This document shows positions 1 to 10,369 of a DNA stretch of 64,000 bases, piece by piece. Source of the stretch: Hyaloraphidium curvatum SAG 235-1 (lineage: Eukaryota > Fungi > Monoblepharomycota); assembly GCA_025558095.1 (NCBI GenBank), contig JAIVFI010000026.1, positions 310,001 through 374,000 of the forward strand. The letters run 5' to 3'. How positions within the stretch are numbered: the first letter of the stretch is position 1; each line of letters opens with the position of its first letter. The translations under genes were made by a program, and so were the position numbers. A model generated the notes under the pieces. The model was given only the letters and a program-made list of their open reading frames with translations, did no database searches and was not told where the DNA came from.

Positions 1-198
1 ACCGGATTCATCGCAGAGTCGACATGACGGTGCAACACGTCATTGATTGTAGTGCATCTACTCGGACATCCTCAAAAGCCATTCCTACAGAGAAACGTGC
101 TGCCACCTCCATCAGATTCTGATACTTGACAGTCAGTGGCTTCACAATATGTGTAGCACAACGGGACGATGCCACATATTGGCGTCTTGCACTCATCC

Positions 199-924
199 TC
201 ACCAAGACTCGCCGAAGGGCCTGATTACCACGTCGAACGCCCACGCGGACCTGGGCTGATGCGCGACCCGGAAACATTCCTCGGCAATGTCCACCGGCTT
301 GCAGAAGTACTCGTCGGGCTTGTCCGCAAGCCACTTGCTCCGGATGGGCTCCATGTCGATCGCAGCGTCGATGACGACGTACGCGGCGTGCACGCCTTTC
401 GGGCCCGAAGTGCGGGCGATGGCTTCCAGCAGGATGCGCTGGGCAGCCTTCGTGGGGGCGTACGCGGCGAAGCTGGGCTTGCCCCGGTACGCGGAGGTGT
501 TGCCGGTGGCCATGAACACGCCTCCCCCGGCGGCGATCATGTCGGGGACGGTGAGCTGCGACAGCTTGAGGAGCGCCGACGCGTTGACCCTGAAGTTGCG
601 CTCGAAGTCATCGATCTTGGCGTCGAGGAAGGATCCCATTGAGGCCGCCTGGACTGCATTGTGCAGCACGACCGAGATGGGGCCGAGCCGAGTCTTGACT
701 TGGGCCACCGTTGCCTCAAGCTGGGCGAAGTCGGCCACGTCGCAGGGGAACGGGACCAGGGCTCCCGACGGGTCCTCGGCGGCATAGGCATTCAGCCTTT
801 TCGCGTCCCTTGCCAGCATGGCTACGCGGTAACCGCCGGCAGCAAAGCGCTTGGCGAGCGCGATTCCGGTGCCGCTGCCGATGCCGGTGATGAGGGCGAC
901 CTTTTGCGTAGCTGGGGACGCCAT
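199..924 (-). CDS. Short-chain dehydrogenase/reductase (classical SDR), intronless, bacterial-like
   Basis: ATG at 924 (MASPATQKVALITGIGSGTG, TGxxxGxG); LHNA; catalytic YAPTK (YxxxK); C-terminal ...RPFGESW. Confidence 0.9.
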   Translation of the reverse strand: MASPATQKVALITGIGSGTGIALAKRFAAGGYRVAMLARDAKRLNAYAAEDPSGALVPFPCDVADFAQLEATVAQVKTRLGPISVVLHNAVQAASMGSFLDAKIDDFERNFRVNASALLKLSQLTVPDMIAAGGGVFMATGNTSAYRGKPSFAAYAPTKAAQRILLEAIARTSGPKGVHAAYVVIDAAIDMEPIRSKWLADKPDEYFCKPVDIAEECFRVAHQPRSAWAFDVVIRPFGESW

Positions 925-1160
925 CGGTTCTGGTCGGCCGTGCAGCAAAGTATCTCTCCCCGCCAAGTCTTTCGAGGCGGAGCTGCGCGGACGGAAGAAA
1001 CGTCGTTGACGCCGGGACGGAAGTAATGTTGTAGTAGTTTGGTGGGTGGTTTGGGACGCAGCGGCGAAACCGCGGCTTTGCCGAGCCGCCGTTTTGAGAG
1101 AGAGTATTCACAGGGAAGAAGGAAGACCGCCGCCGCCGCGCCTCCCTACGTACCGCAGAC

Positions 1161-2053
1161 ATGGGGACCGCGGACCGGATCGCGGTGTATGCGTCGCAGC
1201 TCTCCTCCGCGGGCAATGCCGGCAATGCGCTGCTCCACCTTGCTCCGGTTGCCGGGGGCACGGGCAAGCCCAAGGTGGGGCGCTCCCGGCCTCCGCTGTA
1301 TGGCGCGTGAAACGAGCGACGGCGCAGCTCCTGGACGCCCAGAACGCCCCAAACCCTCGCCTCGTGCGTCGGTTCATCTACGAAAAGGGCATCGCGGACG
1401 AAGTCGAGGTGGTCAACGTGGACCTGATGGGAATGGAGAACCGAAGGGAGCCTTAGTACGCTTCCGCGTCCCGCGCGGGGAGCATCGACGCTGATCTGCG
1501 GCCGCAGCTTGAGCAAGAACCCCGCGGGCATGCTCCCGGCCCTCGAGCTCCCCGACGGCACCGTGGTCGCCGAATCCACCGTCATCTGCGAACTCCTTCA
1601 CGACCTGTTTCCCGACCGCGGCCCCGACATGCTCGGCGCGACCCCCGCCGAACGTGCCGTCACCCACATGTGGCTGCGGCGGATCGACCACAGGGTCGGC
1701 GAGCCGCTCACGCACGCGTTCAAGTTCGGCGCGGCGGCAAAGTTCTTCGCGCCGCGAATGAAGATCTATCCCGAGGGCGTGCCATCGTACAAGGCCATGG
1801 CCACGGACGGGATTGCGTGGTTCGAGGAGCAGATGGCCAAGGGTGGGAAGCCCTACCTGCAGGGCGACAGGATGATGCTTTCGGACCTGTGAGCGCTACG
1901 TTCCCGTTCCGTTGTGCGGGGTTTGATCCACGGCGCAGGGTCCTCTACAACCTCCTGTCCGCCAAAAACACGGTGGCGCCCGAGCACAAGGCGCTCCAGG
2001 CATGGCTGGAGAGGATGGGGGAGAGGGAGTCGGTGAAAAAGATCGCGTCGTGA
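1161..2053 (+). CDS. Glutathione S-transferase with N-terminal PTS2-like signal
   Basis: Exons 1161-1274, 1328-1455, 1508-1888, 1939-2053 joined at GT-AG introns give one frame; APNPRLVR, NPAGMLPALEL, ESTVICELL, MMLSDL GST motifs. Confidence 0.85.
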
Positions 2054-2156
2054 GGGGTGGCCCCGTGGCCATCGAAAGCGCAACAGTGTTCCATGACATC
2101 CGAGTGACATCCGTATGGCGACGCGACCTGGGGTGAGATCCGGCCCAGCTCCGTCT

Positions 2157-2672
2157 TCAGACCCCGATCTCCCACGGCTCCTCCGGCGGCCCTTGCTCCA
2201 GCACCGTCCTCAGCAGGATCCCCAGGGCCCGCGGTATGAAGGTATCCGCGCTCGTCTCGATCTCCTCGAGGGTCCACCACCGCAGCTCGTGGACGTACTC
2301 GGCCCGCAGCTCGTCCCAAGTCATCTCCGGCTGCGGCTCGAACGCGTCGGTCCTGACGAGGAAGACCCGCTCCCGCTGGCCGTCCCACTTCCCGTCCGTG
2401 AACGGCGTCACGTGCAGCCGCGTCCACAGGTGTGGCCCGATCGCCGGGTCCGCGAGCCCGACTTCCTCGCGCAGCTCTCGCCTCACGGCGTCCAGCGGCG
2501 ACTCGCCGGGCTCGATGCCGCCGCCGGGCGTCGCCCAGCGCGTGCCCGCGGGGAACTCGAAGCGCACGAGGAGCACGCGGCCGGCGGGGTCGACGATGAG
2601 GCCGCGCGCGGCTTCGCGGATGCGGAGGCCCGCGGCCGAGTCGGGCGGCGCGACGCCCGCGGGCAGCGGCAT
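2157..2672 (-). CDS. NUDIX hydrolase, intronless, bacterial-like
   Basis: Nudix box GGGIEPGESPLDAVRRELREEVG. Confidence 0.9.
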   Translation of the reverse strand: MPLPAGVAPPDSAAGLRIREAARGLIVDPAGRVLLVRFEFPAGTRWATPGGGIEPGESPLDAVRRELREEVGLADPAIGPHLWTRLHVTPFTDGKWDGQRERVFLVRTDAFEPQPEMTWDELRAEYVHELRWWTLEEIETSADTFIPRALGILLRTVLEQGPPEEPWEIGV

Positions 2673-2818
2673 CGCGGAACAGAACAGGAAATAAACGCGC
2701 TTAAAGGCGAATGGACGCGTTTCTCGTGGCTTTCCAGGCGCGATTCGGTCGAGGGGATCGGGGGAGTTGCCGCCGCGCGTCCCTCGCCGCGTCCCTCGAA
2801 TCGAGTCACTCCCTCACG

Positions 2819-3929
2819 ATGCGCGCCCGGCGGACAGCTGCCGCGCTCGCCGCGCTGCTGGCGCTAACCGTGCCGCGGCACGCCGCCGCCGCCGTCGTGT
2901 CGAACGGCCGTATCGCCGTGGCGTCGAACCTCCGCGACGCAACCAACTTCGACATTTACGATATGCTGGCCGACGGCTCGGACGTCCGGCGGCTGACGAC
3001 GAACCCGGGCATCGACGCCCATCCCGCCTATAGTCCGGACGGGAGGCTGATTGCCTTTTCGAGCCAGGTCGACGGCAACTTCGACATCTGGGTGCGTCCC
3101 CGGCGGCCCCTGCAGCGGCCTTCTCCGCCCCATTTTGGACCGCGTGCTGAACAATGCCCCACGCCAGGTCATGAACGCCGATGGCTCCAACAAGACCCGC
3201 CTCACCACCGACCCGGCCATCGACCTTGTCCCCTCCTTCTCCCCCGACGGCCTCCGCATCGTCTTCGAATCCGACCGCGAGTCCGCCAACTTCCAGCTCT
3301 ACACCATGCGCGCCGACGGCACCGACGTCCGCCGCTTCCTCACCAACGCCTTCGACGAGATGGGCGGCAAGTTCTCCCCCGACGGCTCGCGCATCGCGTT
3401 CGCGTCGAACCGCTCCGGGAACGGGTACGACCTTCACACGGCCGCGTGGCCCTCGGGGGCCAACGTCACCCGGCTCACCTCGGGCCTGCACAACGACTTT
3501 TCCCGCTCCTGGTCGCCGGACTCTGCCCGCCTCGCGCTGAACGGGCAGGTGGACGGGGTCGGGCAGATCCACGTCGTCGGGGCCGACGGCACGGGGCTGC
3601 GGAGGATCACGAGCAACAACGGCTCCTCGCCCGGGTTCTCGCCGGGGGGGATCTTCCCGACGTTCAGGGGGGACGCGACGCCGGTGTGGTCCCCCGACGG
3701 GAGGAAGATCGCGTACGTCAGCGATGCGGGGGGGAACTACGAGGTGTGGACGGTGGACCCGGACGGATCGGGGGCGGAGAGGGTGACGAGGACCAACGCG
3801 ACGCACATCTCGGTGGGGTGGCAGCCGGTGCTGCGGACCGGTGGTGGACCGAGGGGTGTAGGAGGGACTGGGATGTGGGGGGCTGCGGCGACGGCGGTCG
3901 CGGGCACGCTGTTGATTGCATGTATGTGA
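2819..3929 (+). CDS. Secreted TolB-like/PD40 beta-propeller protein, possible GPI anchor or C-terminal membrane tail
   Basis: Signal peptide MRARRTAAALAALLALTVPRHAAA; repeated (P)x(Y/F/W)SPDG..IAF/YxS blades; intron 3092-3167; hydrophobic C-terminus. Confidence 0.85.
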
Positions 3930-3999
3930 TGGAGCTTACGCAAGGAAGGCGTCGGAATGGAAACCATTGGCATTCAAGTTCCTTCGTACAACAGAAGGA

Positions 4000-6080
4000 C
4001 TATATTGCCGGCAGTTCCACGTTGACGGCCTCGCACAGCTTCCAGAGATCTTCGTAGACGTCCGGCATGGAAACCTTCGACCCGCGATCGAGAAAGTAGT
4101 TCGTGACCGACCCCGGCCGGAGGAAATCCGTCTTTAGGCACCGGTCCATGATGTTTAGCAGCTCCGTCTCGAGGTCCGAGTCGTACCGCTCGTCACCCGT
4201 GAAGCATGCTGGGATTCGGACCTGTCTCCTGCTGTCGGGATCTTGGAGACGCTCGGAAATTGCCGGACGGAAGTGTTCGCGCCAGATCCCCGTGAGCTGC
4301 ATGCTGGTGTCGGGCCGCAGCAGCATCATTTTCCTGATGTCGACTGCGCGCAGGACGCTGCGTCAGAGCGTCGCATTAGAATCTGTCACTGCCATGCTGA
4401 AGGCTACTGCACTCACCCGACTCCCAGTAGATCGCGCCACTGCAACATAGTCTTGCCGGACAGGACCTCGAGCATCACGGCCCCGAACGCGTGCACGTCC
4501 CACTCTGGCCCCACGTATACTTCCCCTTCCTGCTGCCTCGTCCAGTTGGGCGCGTACAGACCGTCCCCGGCGATCGCCTCGGCGTCGTTCTGCGGCACCC
4601 GCAGGACGGGAGGCACTTCGCGCGAGGAGCCAAAGTCGGCGATCTTGGCTATGATGTCCATGCCCTGTTCGCGGATGAGGATGTTGTCCGACTGGATCAA
4701 TTGGTTAGCGTGAGGAACGGGAGGCTCGGAACGCAACGGTTGCGTGCCTTGATGTCCCGATGGATGATCCGTCCTGGTGCACCGTAGTGAAGATACGTAA
4801 GGCCTCTGGCAATCTCTGAGGGTAGAATACGATCAGCAAGACCGTCGCTTGAGTACGAACCGACGCAACCAACGCGTTGGGATGGCCCACGTGCTTGTAT
4901 GCACGTTCCTCCGCGGCGGCGTCCGCGACAACCTTTACCGCCACCCTCCTGTTCCCGATGTGGACCCTGTACACCGCGCCGAACGCGCCGGCTCCGATCC
5001 GTTCGGCCCCCGCGAGGAGGTCCGCCAGGCCGGCGCCAAGGAACGTCCCAGGCAGCACGGCGCCGGCGTCAAGCGCGTCCAGCTGCGCGACCAGCGCGGC
5101 GACCGCCGGGTCGAGATCCTCTGCTGCTGCGGGAGCGGGAGGGGCGTCGGGCGGCTGGGGCACTGGAGCCTGCTGCGCAGCGAAAGCGAGGTTCAGGCCA
5201 GGAGGTGGGGGCGGGGGAGGCGGGGGAACGCCTCCCAATCTTTCAGGCGTGGCAAGCGGCGAGATGATGGCGGAAGGACTAACGACTGGCGTCGTGGGGC
5301 GAGAGCTGCTGTCGATCAAAGTCCCCGACTGGGCTGCCGTGGTTTCGGTTTCGGAGGAGGAAGAGGGCTGGGCAAGGTCGTCCGCTGACTGCTGCGGTAC
5401 CACGTTTTCCGGGATCCTGGTCGCGGGCGCTTCAGCAACTGGAAATTCGACCAACGCCAGCCAAACCCACATGCTCGCAACCAAAACCAGCTTCCTCAGA
5501 AGCACCTGGCCCGGGACCAAGGGGTGCCTCTTCCTCGCGCGGTCCAGGTAGTGCGTCACGGGCCCGGCCAGGCCCCCGTCCGCCTCGATCTCGGCCGTTG
5601 CGTCGCGGTACTCCCGAGCAGGGGCCGGAGAGCCTTCTTCCGTGGCAGATCGGGTCGGAGCACGGCCCTGGAGGAGCGCGTGGAGGCCGCGTCCCCCCGC
5701 CTGGAAGCGGGCGCCGCCTTCGTCCACGAACACCGTCCGGGAGCGACCCATCCTGCCGCGGAGTCAGCCATCACTGCCGTTCGGGAGTGCAGAGACCCGA
5801 ACCTGTCCACCTCCGCTGCCACGCTCCCGGTCATCGCCGTGAAGGACCCGACGGGGACCCTGCCGCCCGCGACGAACGCCACGAGGCCATCGCGGTCCCA
5901 TGCCACGGGATGCGCGACGCGGCGGCCTTCCGCGTTGTCCAGGAAGTACAACTGCGGCTGAGAAGGGTCGAGGAGGGAGTCCAGGCGCAGGATGCGGGCT
6001 GCCTGAGCAGAGGCAGTGGCGGACCCCGGAGCGTTGTCTTGGAGGGAAGTGGCGGCCAAACGGCTCTCAAGCCCTTCCAT
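4000..6080 (-). CDS. TKL/Pelle-like protein kinase with unknown N-terminal region and Pro-rich linker; kinase lacks the hinge segment (pseudokinase or pseudogene)
   Basis: IGAGAFGAVY, VAVK, HPNAL, IARGLTYLH...IIHRDIK|SDNILI, KIADFG, DVHAFG across several introns, including GC-AG intron 4692-4747; N-terminal exon structure approximate. Confidence 0.7.
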
Positions 6081-6383
6081 GGTGAATGAATGCAAAGCAA
6101 GAAGTTGGAATGCGGCCCCTTGAGGGCACGAGATCCGAGATTCGTGGATGTCGGGCCAGATGATTCGGAGGTTGCTGCGTGACACGGCGCGCTTAGGTAC
6201 GCTTATACACCGATGCCTGTTGCAGTGCATTAAGCCCCGACTACGCACAGCATGCTTAAGCCCCGACTTTAAGACAAAGCCATATGTTGGTCTGCGTGCT
6301 AGGCGAAGGGCGAGTGGCAAAGTCAAGCCCGCCGATTCGATGCCCGAGTGTGATGCGGCTCCAACATCTCACCGCTCGCGAAA

Positions 6384-6863
6384 CTACTGCACGTAATGCA
6401 CCAGGAACGACGCATCCGCCGGCGCGCCCCCCGGTACCCTGTAGCACGCCACCCTCGCCTGCCCGCTCGACCAGCTGTACGCCATGCAGGACGCCGGGTA
6501 CGCCCCCTCCGCCGTCACCTGCAGATTCCCTCCCCTGGCGTTCTTGGGCAGGTCGTACCTGAACAGGTAGTAGCCCTGTAGGGTGTTGTACGAGCGCGAT
6601 CGGCGGGGGGAGTTCCAGCTGTAGGTCCGCGGGACCGCGGGGCTCGCCGGCACGGGGACGGAGCCGAATGCGTATGCGGATTGGTGGAAGTAGTACCCCG
6701 TGAGCGGGACCAAGTCGGCGTACTGCAGCGTGAAGGCCGAGTCCGCCCTCGATCCGAAGCGGTCGTAGCACGCGACCTGCACCGCGGCGGGGCCGCCGGA
6801 GAAGAAGTCCACCTGGCAGAGGGTGGGGTTGTTGCCCACCGCGGTGACCTTGATGCTCCCCAT
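6384..6863 (-). CDS. Small protein with two copies of a ~47-aa Cys-containing beta repeat, bacterial-like
   Basis: GSIKVTAVG..CQV..VQVACY..ADSAF vs GNLQVTAEG..CMA..ARVACY..ADASF; intronless; alternative ATG at 6959. Confidence 0.7.
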   Translation of the reverse strand: MGSIKVTAVGNNPTLCQVDFFSGGPAAVQVACYDRFGSRADSAFTLQYADLVPLTGYYFHQSAYAFGSVPVPASPAVPRTYSWNSPRRSRSYNTLQGYYLFRYDLPKNARGGNLQVTAEGAYPASCMAYSWSSGQARVACYRVPGGAPADASFLVHYVQ

Positions 6864-6967
6864 TGTCGGACCCGTGCGGCGGGCCTCGGCCAGCCAGGCA
6901 CCCGGAACGGCCAACGCGTCTCCACGACCAAATCCCGCGTCGTGACGCGAGCTTCGCATTGTTTAAG

Positions 6968-7639
6968 ATGCCCGCCAACGGTCCCGCGCCGATCCCGCCC
7001 GGGGACGCGCCCGTCGGCCCCGAGGACGTGCTCGCGTTCTGGTTCCCCGACGACCCCGTCGTGCAGCGCAAGGAGTGGTACCAATCGACCCCCGAGCTCG
7101 ACGCAGAAATTTCGCGGCGCTTCGGCGAAACCTGGGAAACAGCAGCCGCCGGCCACCTGGCGGAATGGGCCTCGGACGCGCGGGGGGCGCTCGCACTGGT
7201 GGTGCTTCTGGACCAGTTCCCGCGAAACATGCACCGCGGCACCGCGCTCGCGTTTTCCACCGATGCCCGCGCGCGGGAAGTCGCTAAAGACGCGCTGGCC
7301 CGCGGATGGGACAAGGAGGTGCAGCCCTTCCAGCGGTGGTTCTTCTACTCACCTTTGGAACATTCGGAAGACCTGGAGGACCAGAAAGAGTGCGTGCGGG
7401 TGTTTACGGAGCTGGCGGCGGTGCACGAGGGCACCAAAGCCGCGATCCCGGCGATAGAGAAGCACCACGAGATCGTCGAGCGGTTCGGGAGGTTCCCGCA
7501 CCGCAACAGGGCGCTCGGGCGGACGTCCACACCCGAGGAGGTCGCGTTCCTCAGGGGTGGCGGGCCGAGCTTCGGGCAGGCGCATCCGGAGGACGAGGTG
7601 GAGCCGGGGAAGGAGAACGGGAAGGCCGAGGGGAAGTGA
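6968..7639 (+). CDS. DUF924 family protein, intronless
   Basis: VLAFWF, LLDQFPRNMHRGT, PLEHSE, RFGRFPHRN..LGRTSTPEE. Confidence 0.92.
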   Translation: MPANGPAPIPPGDAPVGPEDVLAFWFPDDPVVQRKEWYQSTPELDAEISRRFGETWETAAAGHLAEWASDARGALALVVLLDQFPRNMHRGTALAFSTDARAREVAKDALARGWDKEVQPFQRWFFYSPLEHSEDLEDQKECVRVFTELAAVHEGTKAAIPAIEKHHEIVERFGRFPHRNRALGRTSTPEEVAFLRGGGPSFGQAHPEDEVEPGKENGKAEGK

Positions 7640-8332
7640 GGCAAGGTCTGCCAAAGGCAACGAGCGAATGTACGGCATCCGAAAGAGCAGAACCTCGCCT
7701 TGGCCCTGCACCGCCTTACCGACTTTACAAGAACAGTCCCGCCAGCCCCGCAAGGAGAGCCCACCGACCCGACGCGCGTCCTACGCCGCCTTGCGGCAGA
7801 ATTCGATCAGCGGAGGCGGCGGCTCCCCGTCCGCACCGCCGGTGCGGCGCCCGTATCCGTGCGACAGGTCGACAACCGTCGTGCGGCCTCCGGCGGAGAT
7901 CGGTTCGGGGCCCTCAGGACCCCCTCGGGGGGGCGCGCTTCGTTCGTGACCTCGAGCTGGTACAGGGAGTGGGATGACCTCGTGGGGCAGCGCGAGGAGC
8001 GGCGACGCGCGACGCGGGCGCCTGCGGTCCGCCATCATTCTTCCTCCGCGGCGAGCAGGAGATGGGACTGCTCGGCCCGCAGTTTCGCGAAGAACGTTTC
8101 GCGCGCTGGGGCCCACGTCACGGTGCCTCGCCGCCGCTCCCCGTTCCAAGGACCGGCGCAGGATCGCGCGTCGAGGGCCTGAAGCGGACGCCGCTGCGCC
8201 TTAGTGGGCCTCTCTTCGATCACCACGCGGAGCTCCATTGCACGCGCCGCGATTCGTCTCCAAACCGTGTTCCTCGCCGCGCTCGCGGCCACCGCCCACT
8301 TCCTCCTCGCATCGCCGCCCGCGCCCCCCGCG

Positions 8333-10080
8333 ATGGCGCCCAAGAAGGCAGTCTATTATTTCCCGAACTGGTGCGGCAAGAATGGCGCGCCTTGCTGCGC
8401 GGATCCGAATTGACGCATCGCGGCGGCTGCAGGGGCATCTACGGACGCGCTTTCCCTCCCGCCCGCCTCCCGCCGCACGTCCGCGACGTGACCTACGCGT
8501 TCCTCGACCTGAAGCCGGACCCCGCGGGCAACTACGTTCCCACGCTGACGGACGCGTGGGCCGACACGGACAAGCGGTTCACCGGGCCCGAGGAAGCGGT
8601 TCCCCCCGCGGACTCGTGGAACGGCCCGCCCGACGCGTACTACGGGTGCCTGAACCAGTTCCGCAAGATGAAGCTGCGAGATCCGGGCTTCCGCTTCGGG
8701 CTCAGCGTCGGGGGGTGGACCATGTCGGCGCACTTTTCCGACGCCGTTGTGTCCCCGAAGGCGAGGGAGGCTTTTGCAGACAGCCTCGTGGACATGGTTG
8801 CTCGAAAGTTCCCGGGCATAGTGGACACGCTCGATTTCGACTGGGAGCACATCTCTCCGGAGGGCAAGAACTTTGGCAACGCGGGCAACGTGGTCCGCAG
8901 GGAGGACGGGGCCAACTTTGTCGCCTTTCTGTGCCTGCTCCGGCAGAAGCTCGCTGCCGCAGGCCTGTCTTCCATCAGGCTGACGGTCGCCGTAACGGCT
9001 GCCCCCGAGAAGATGTCTGCGCTTCCCGTGGAAGCCATGACCCCGCTGATCGACGAATGGCGGCTAATGACCTACGATTTCGCCTCTTCTGTACGGTATC
9101 ACCCCGTTCAGCACGACATATGACTGACCCTTGCTTTACGTACCGCCACAGGCCTGGGGACCCTGCAACGCCACGCACCAGACCAATCTCTACCCCGCCC
9201 CGCACACGCCCTACTCGATCTCGGGCGCCGTCGACGCCTACCTCGCCCGCGGCGTCCCCCCCGCCAACATCCTCATCGGCGCGGTGCTCTACTCCCGCGG
9301 CTTCGCCGGCACCGCCGGGCTCGGCAAGCCCAGCTCGGGTGTGACCTCGCGCCATTCCTGGGAGCCGGGGGTGACGGACTACAAGGCGCTCCCCGTGGCC
9401 GGCGCGGCGGAGCACTTTGACGAGCAGTGCAAGGCGGGGTACTGCTATGACCCCGCGGCCAAGGAGCTGTTCTCATACGACACGCCGCGGAGCATAGCCG
9501 AAAAGTGCAAGTACGTGTGGGAAAAGGACCTGGCGGGGATCATTTTCTGGGAGGCGAGCGCGGACGCGTACGACAGGCCCGAGAGGGCGCTGAGCAGGTG
9601 GGCATGGGAGCTGCTTGAAAGCAGGGACGCGTCGCTGGACAAGGCGACCAGGGTCGCGGTGGGTTCGTCCGATGTGGCAGCTGCGGGCTGAATCTGACGC
9701 ATTTTCTGCTGAAGGCGGCCTTTGCGGCAGGCAAGCCGCCCATACTGGGCCCCGCGCCGAGCTGGCCTTCCAATCCCGCCCCCGGACCAGCACCTCCCGC
9801 CCACCTCCCCGTCGCCGCAGCCGCGCAACCTGCCGCTCCCGCACCCGCGCCGGCACCGGTGCCTCCCATCCCCGCGCCCGCCCCACCCGGCCCGCAGATC
9901 CCCGTCGCAATCCCCCCGGGCTACGGCTCCGCGCAGGCGTGGTCCGGCGCCGGCGTCGCCTATGCGGTCGGCGCTATGGTATCGTACGGGGGCGCGGTCT
10001 ACGAGTGCATCAACGCGCACAGGTCGCAGGAGGATTGGATGCCGGGGGCTGCGGTGTCGCTGTGGAAGGCTGTTGGTTGA
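8333..10080 (+). CDS. GH18 chitinase with Pro/Ala linker and C-terminal CBM5/12 chitin-binding domain
   Basis: YFPNW|GIY, LSVGGW, intact DTLDFDWEH (DxxDxDxE), MTYDF, IIFWEAS; introns 8371-8432, 9091-9151, 9659-9714; C-terminal AW..YAVGAMVSYGGAVYECINAHRSQEDWMPG..SLWK. Confidence 0.92.
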
Positions 10081-10369
10081 TCTGTAAGAGGGTGTCGCGG
10101 ATCGCATCGTGCTCTACTCGGTTCGGAATGCACAATTACATCGTTCGGAAATCCATCCCTTCCTCAATTTTACTGTGCTCAAGCATCTTCAGCGCGCAAA
10201 ATGTTGGTATAATAGCGTTAGCCGACGCACGGTGCTTAGACTTAGTCAACCGGCCTCAGTTCGAGACCCCTTGACCTGCGCCACTTTGCGCCACCTCCGA
10301 CTCCGGAGGTTCCCGGCGCAATCGCGCGTCCTCCTGGTGGCCCGCTGGAACAACAACCAGCAAAATATC

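Noticed and set aside
7790-8238. Minus-strand frame MELRVVIEE...AAEEE-TGA-WRT... as a selenoprotein or readthrough gene
   Set aside because: No selenoprotein motif, no SECIS identified, no recognisable homology
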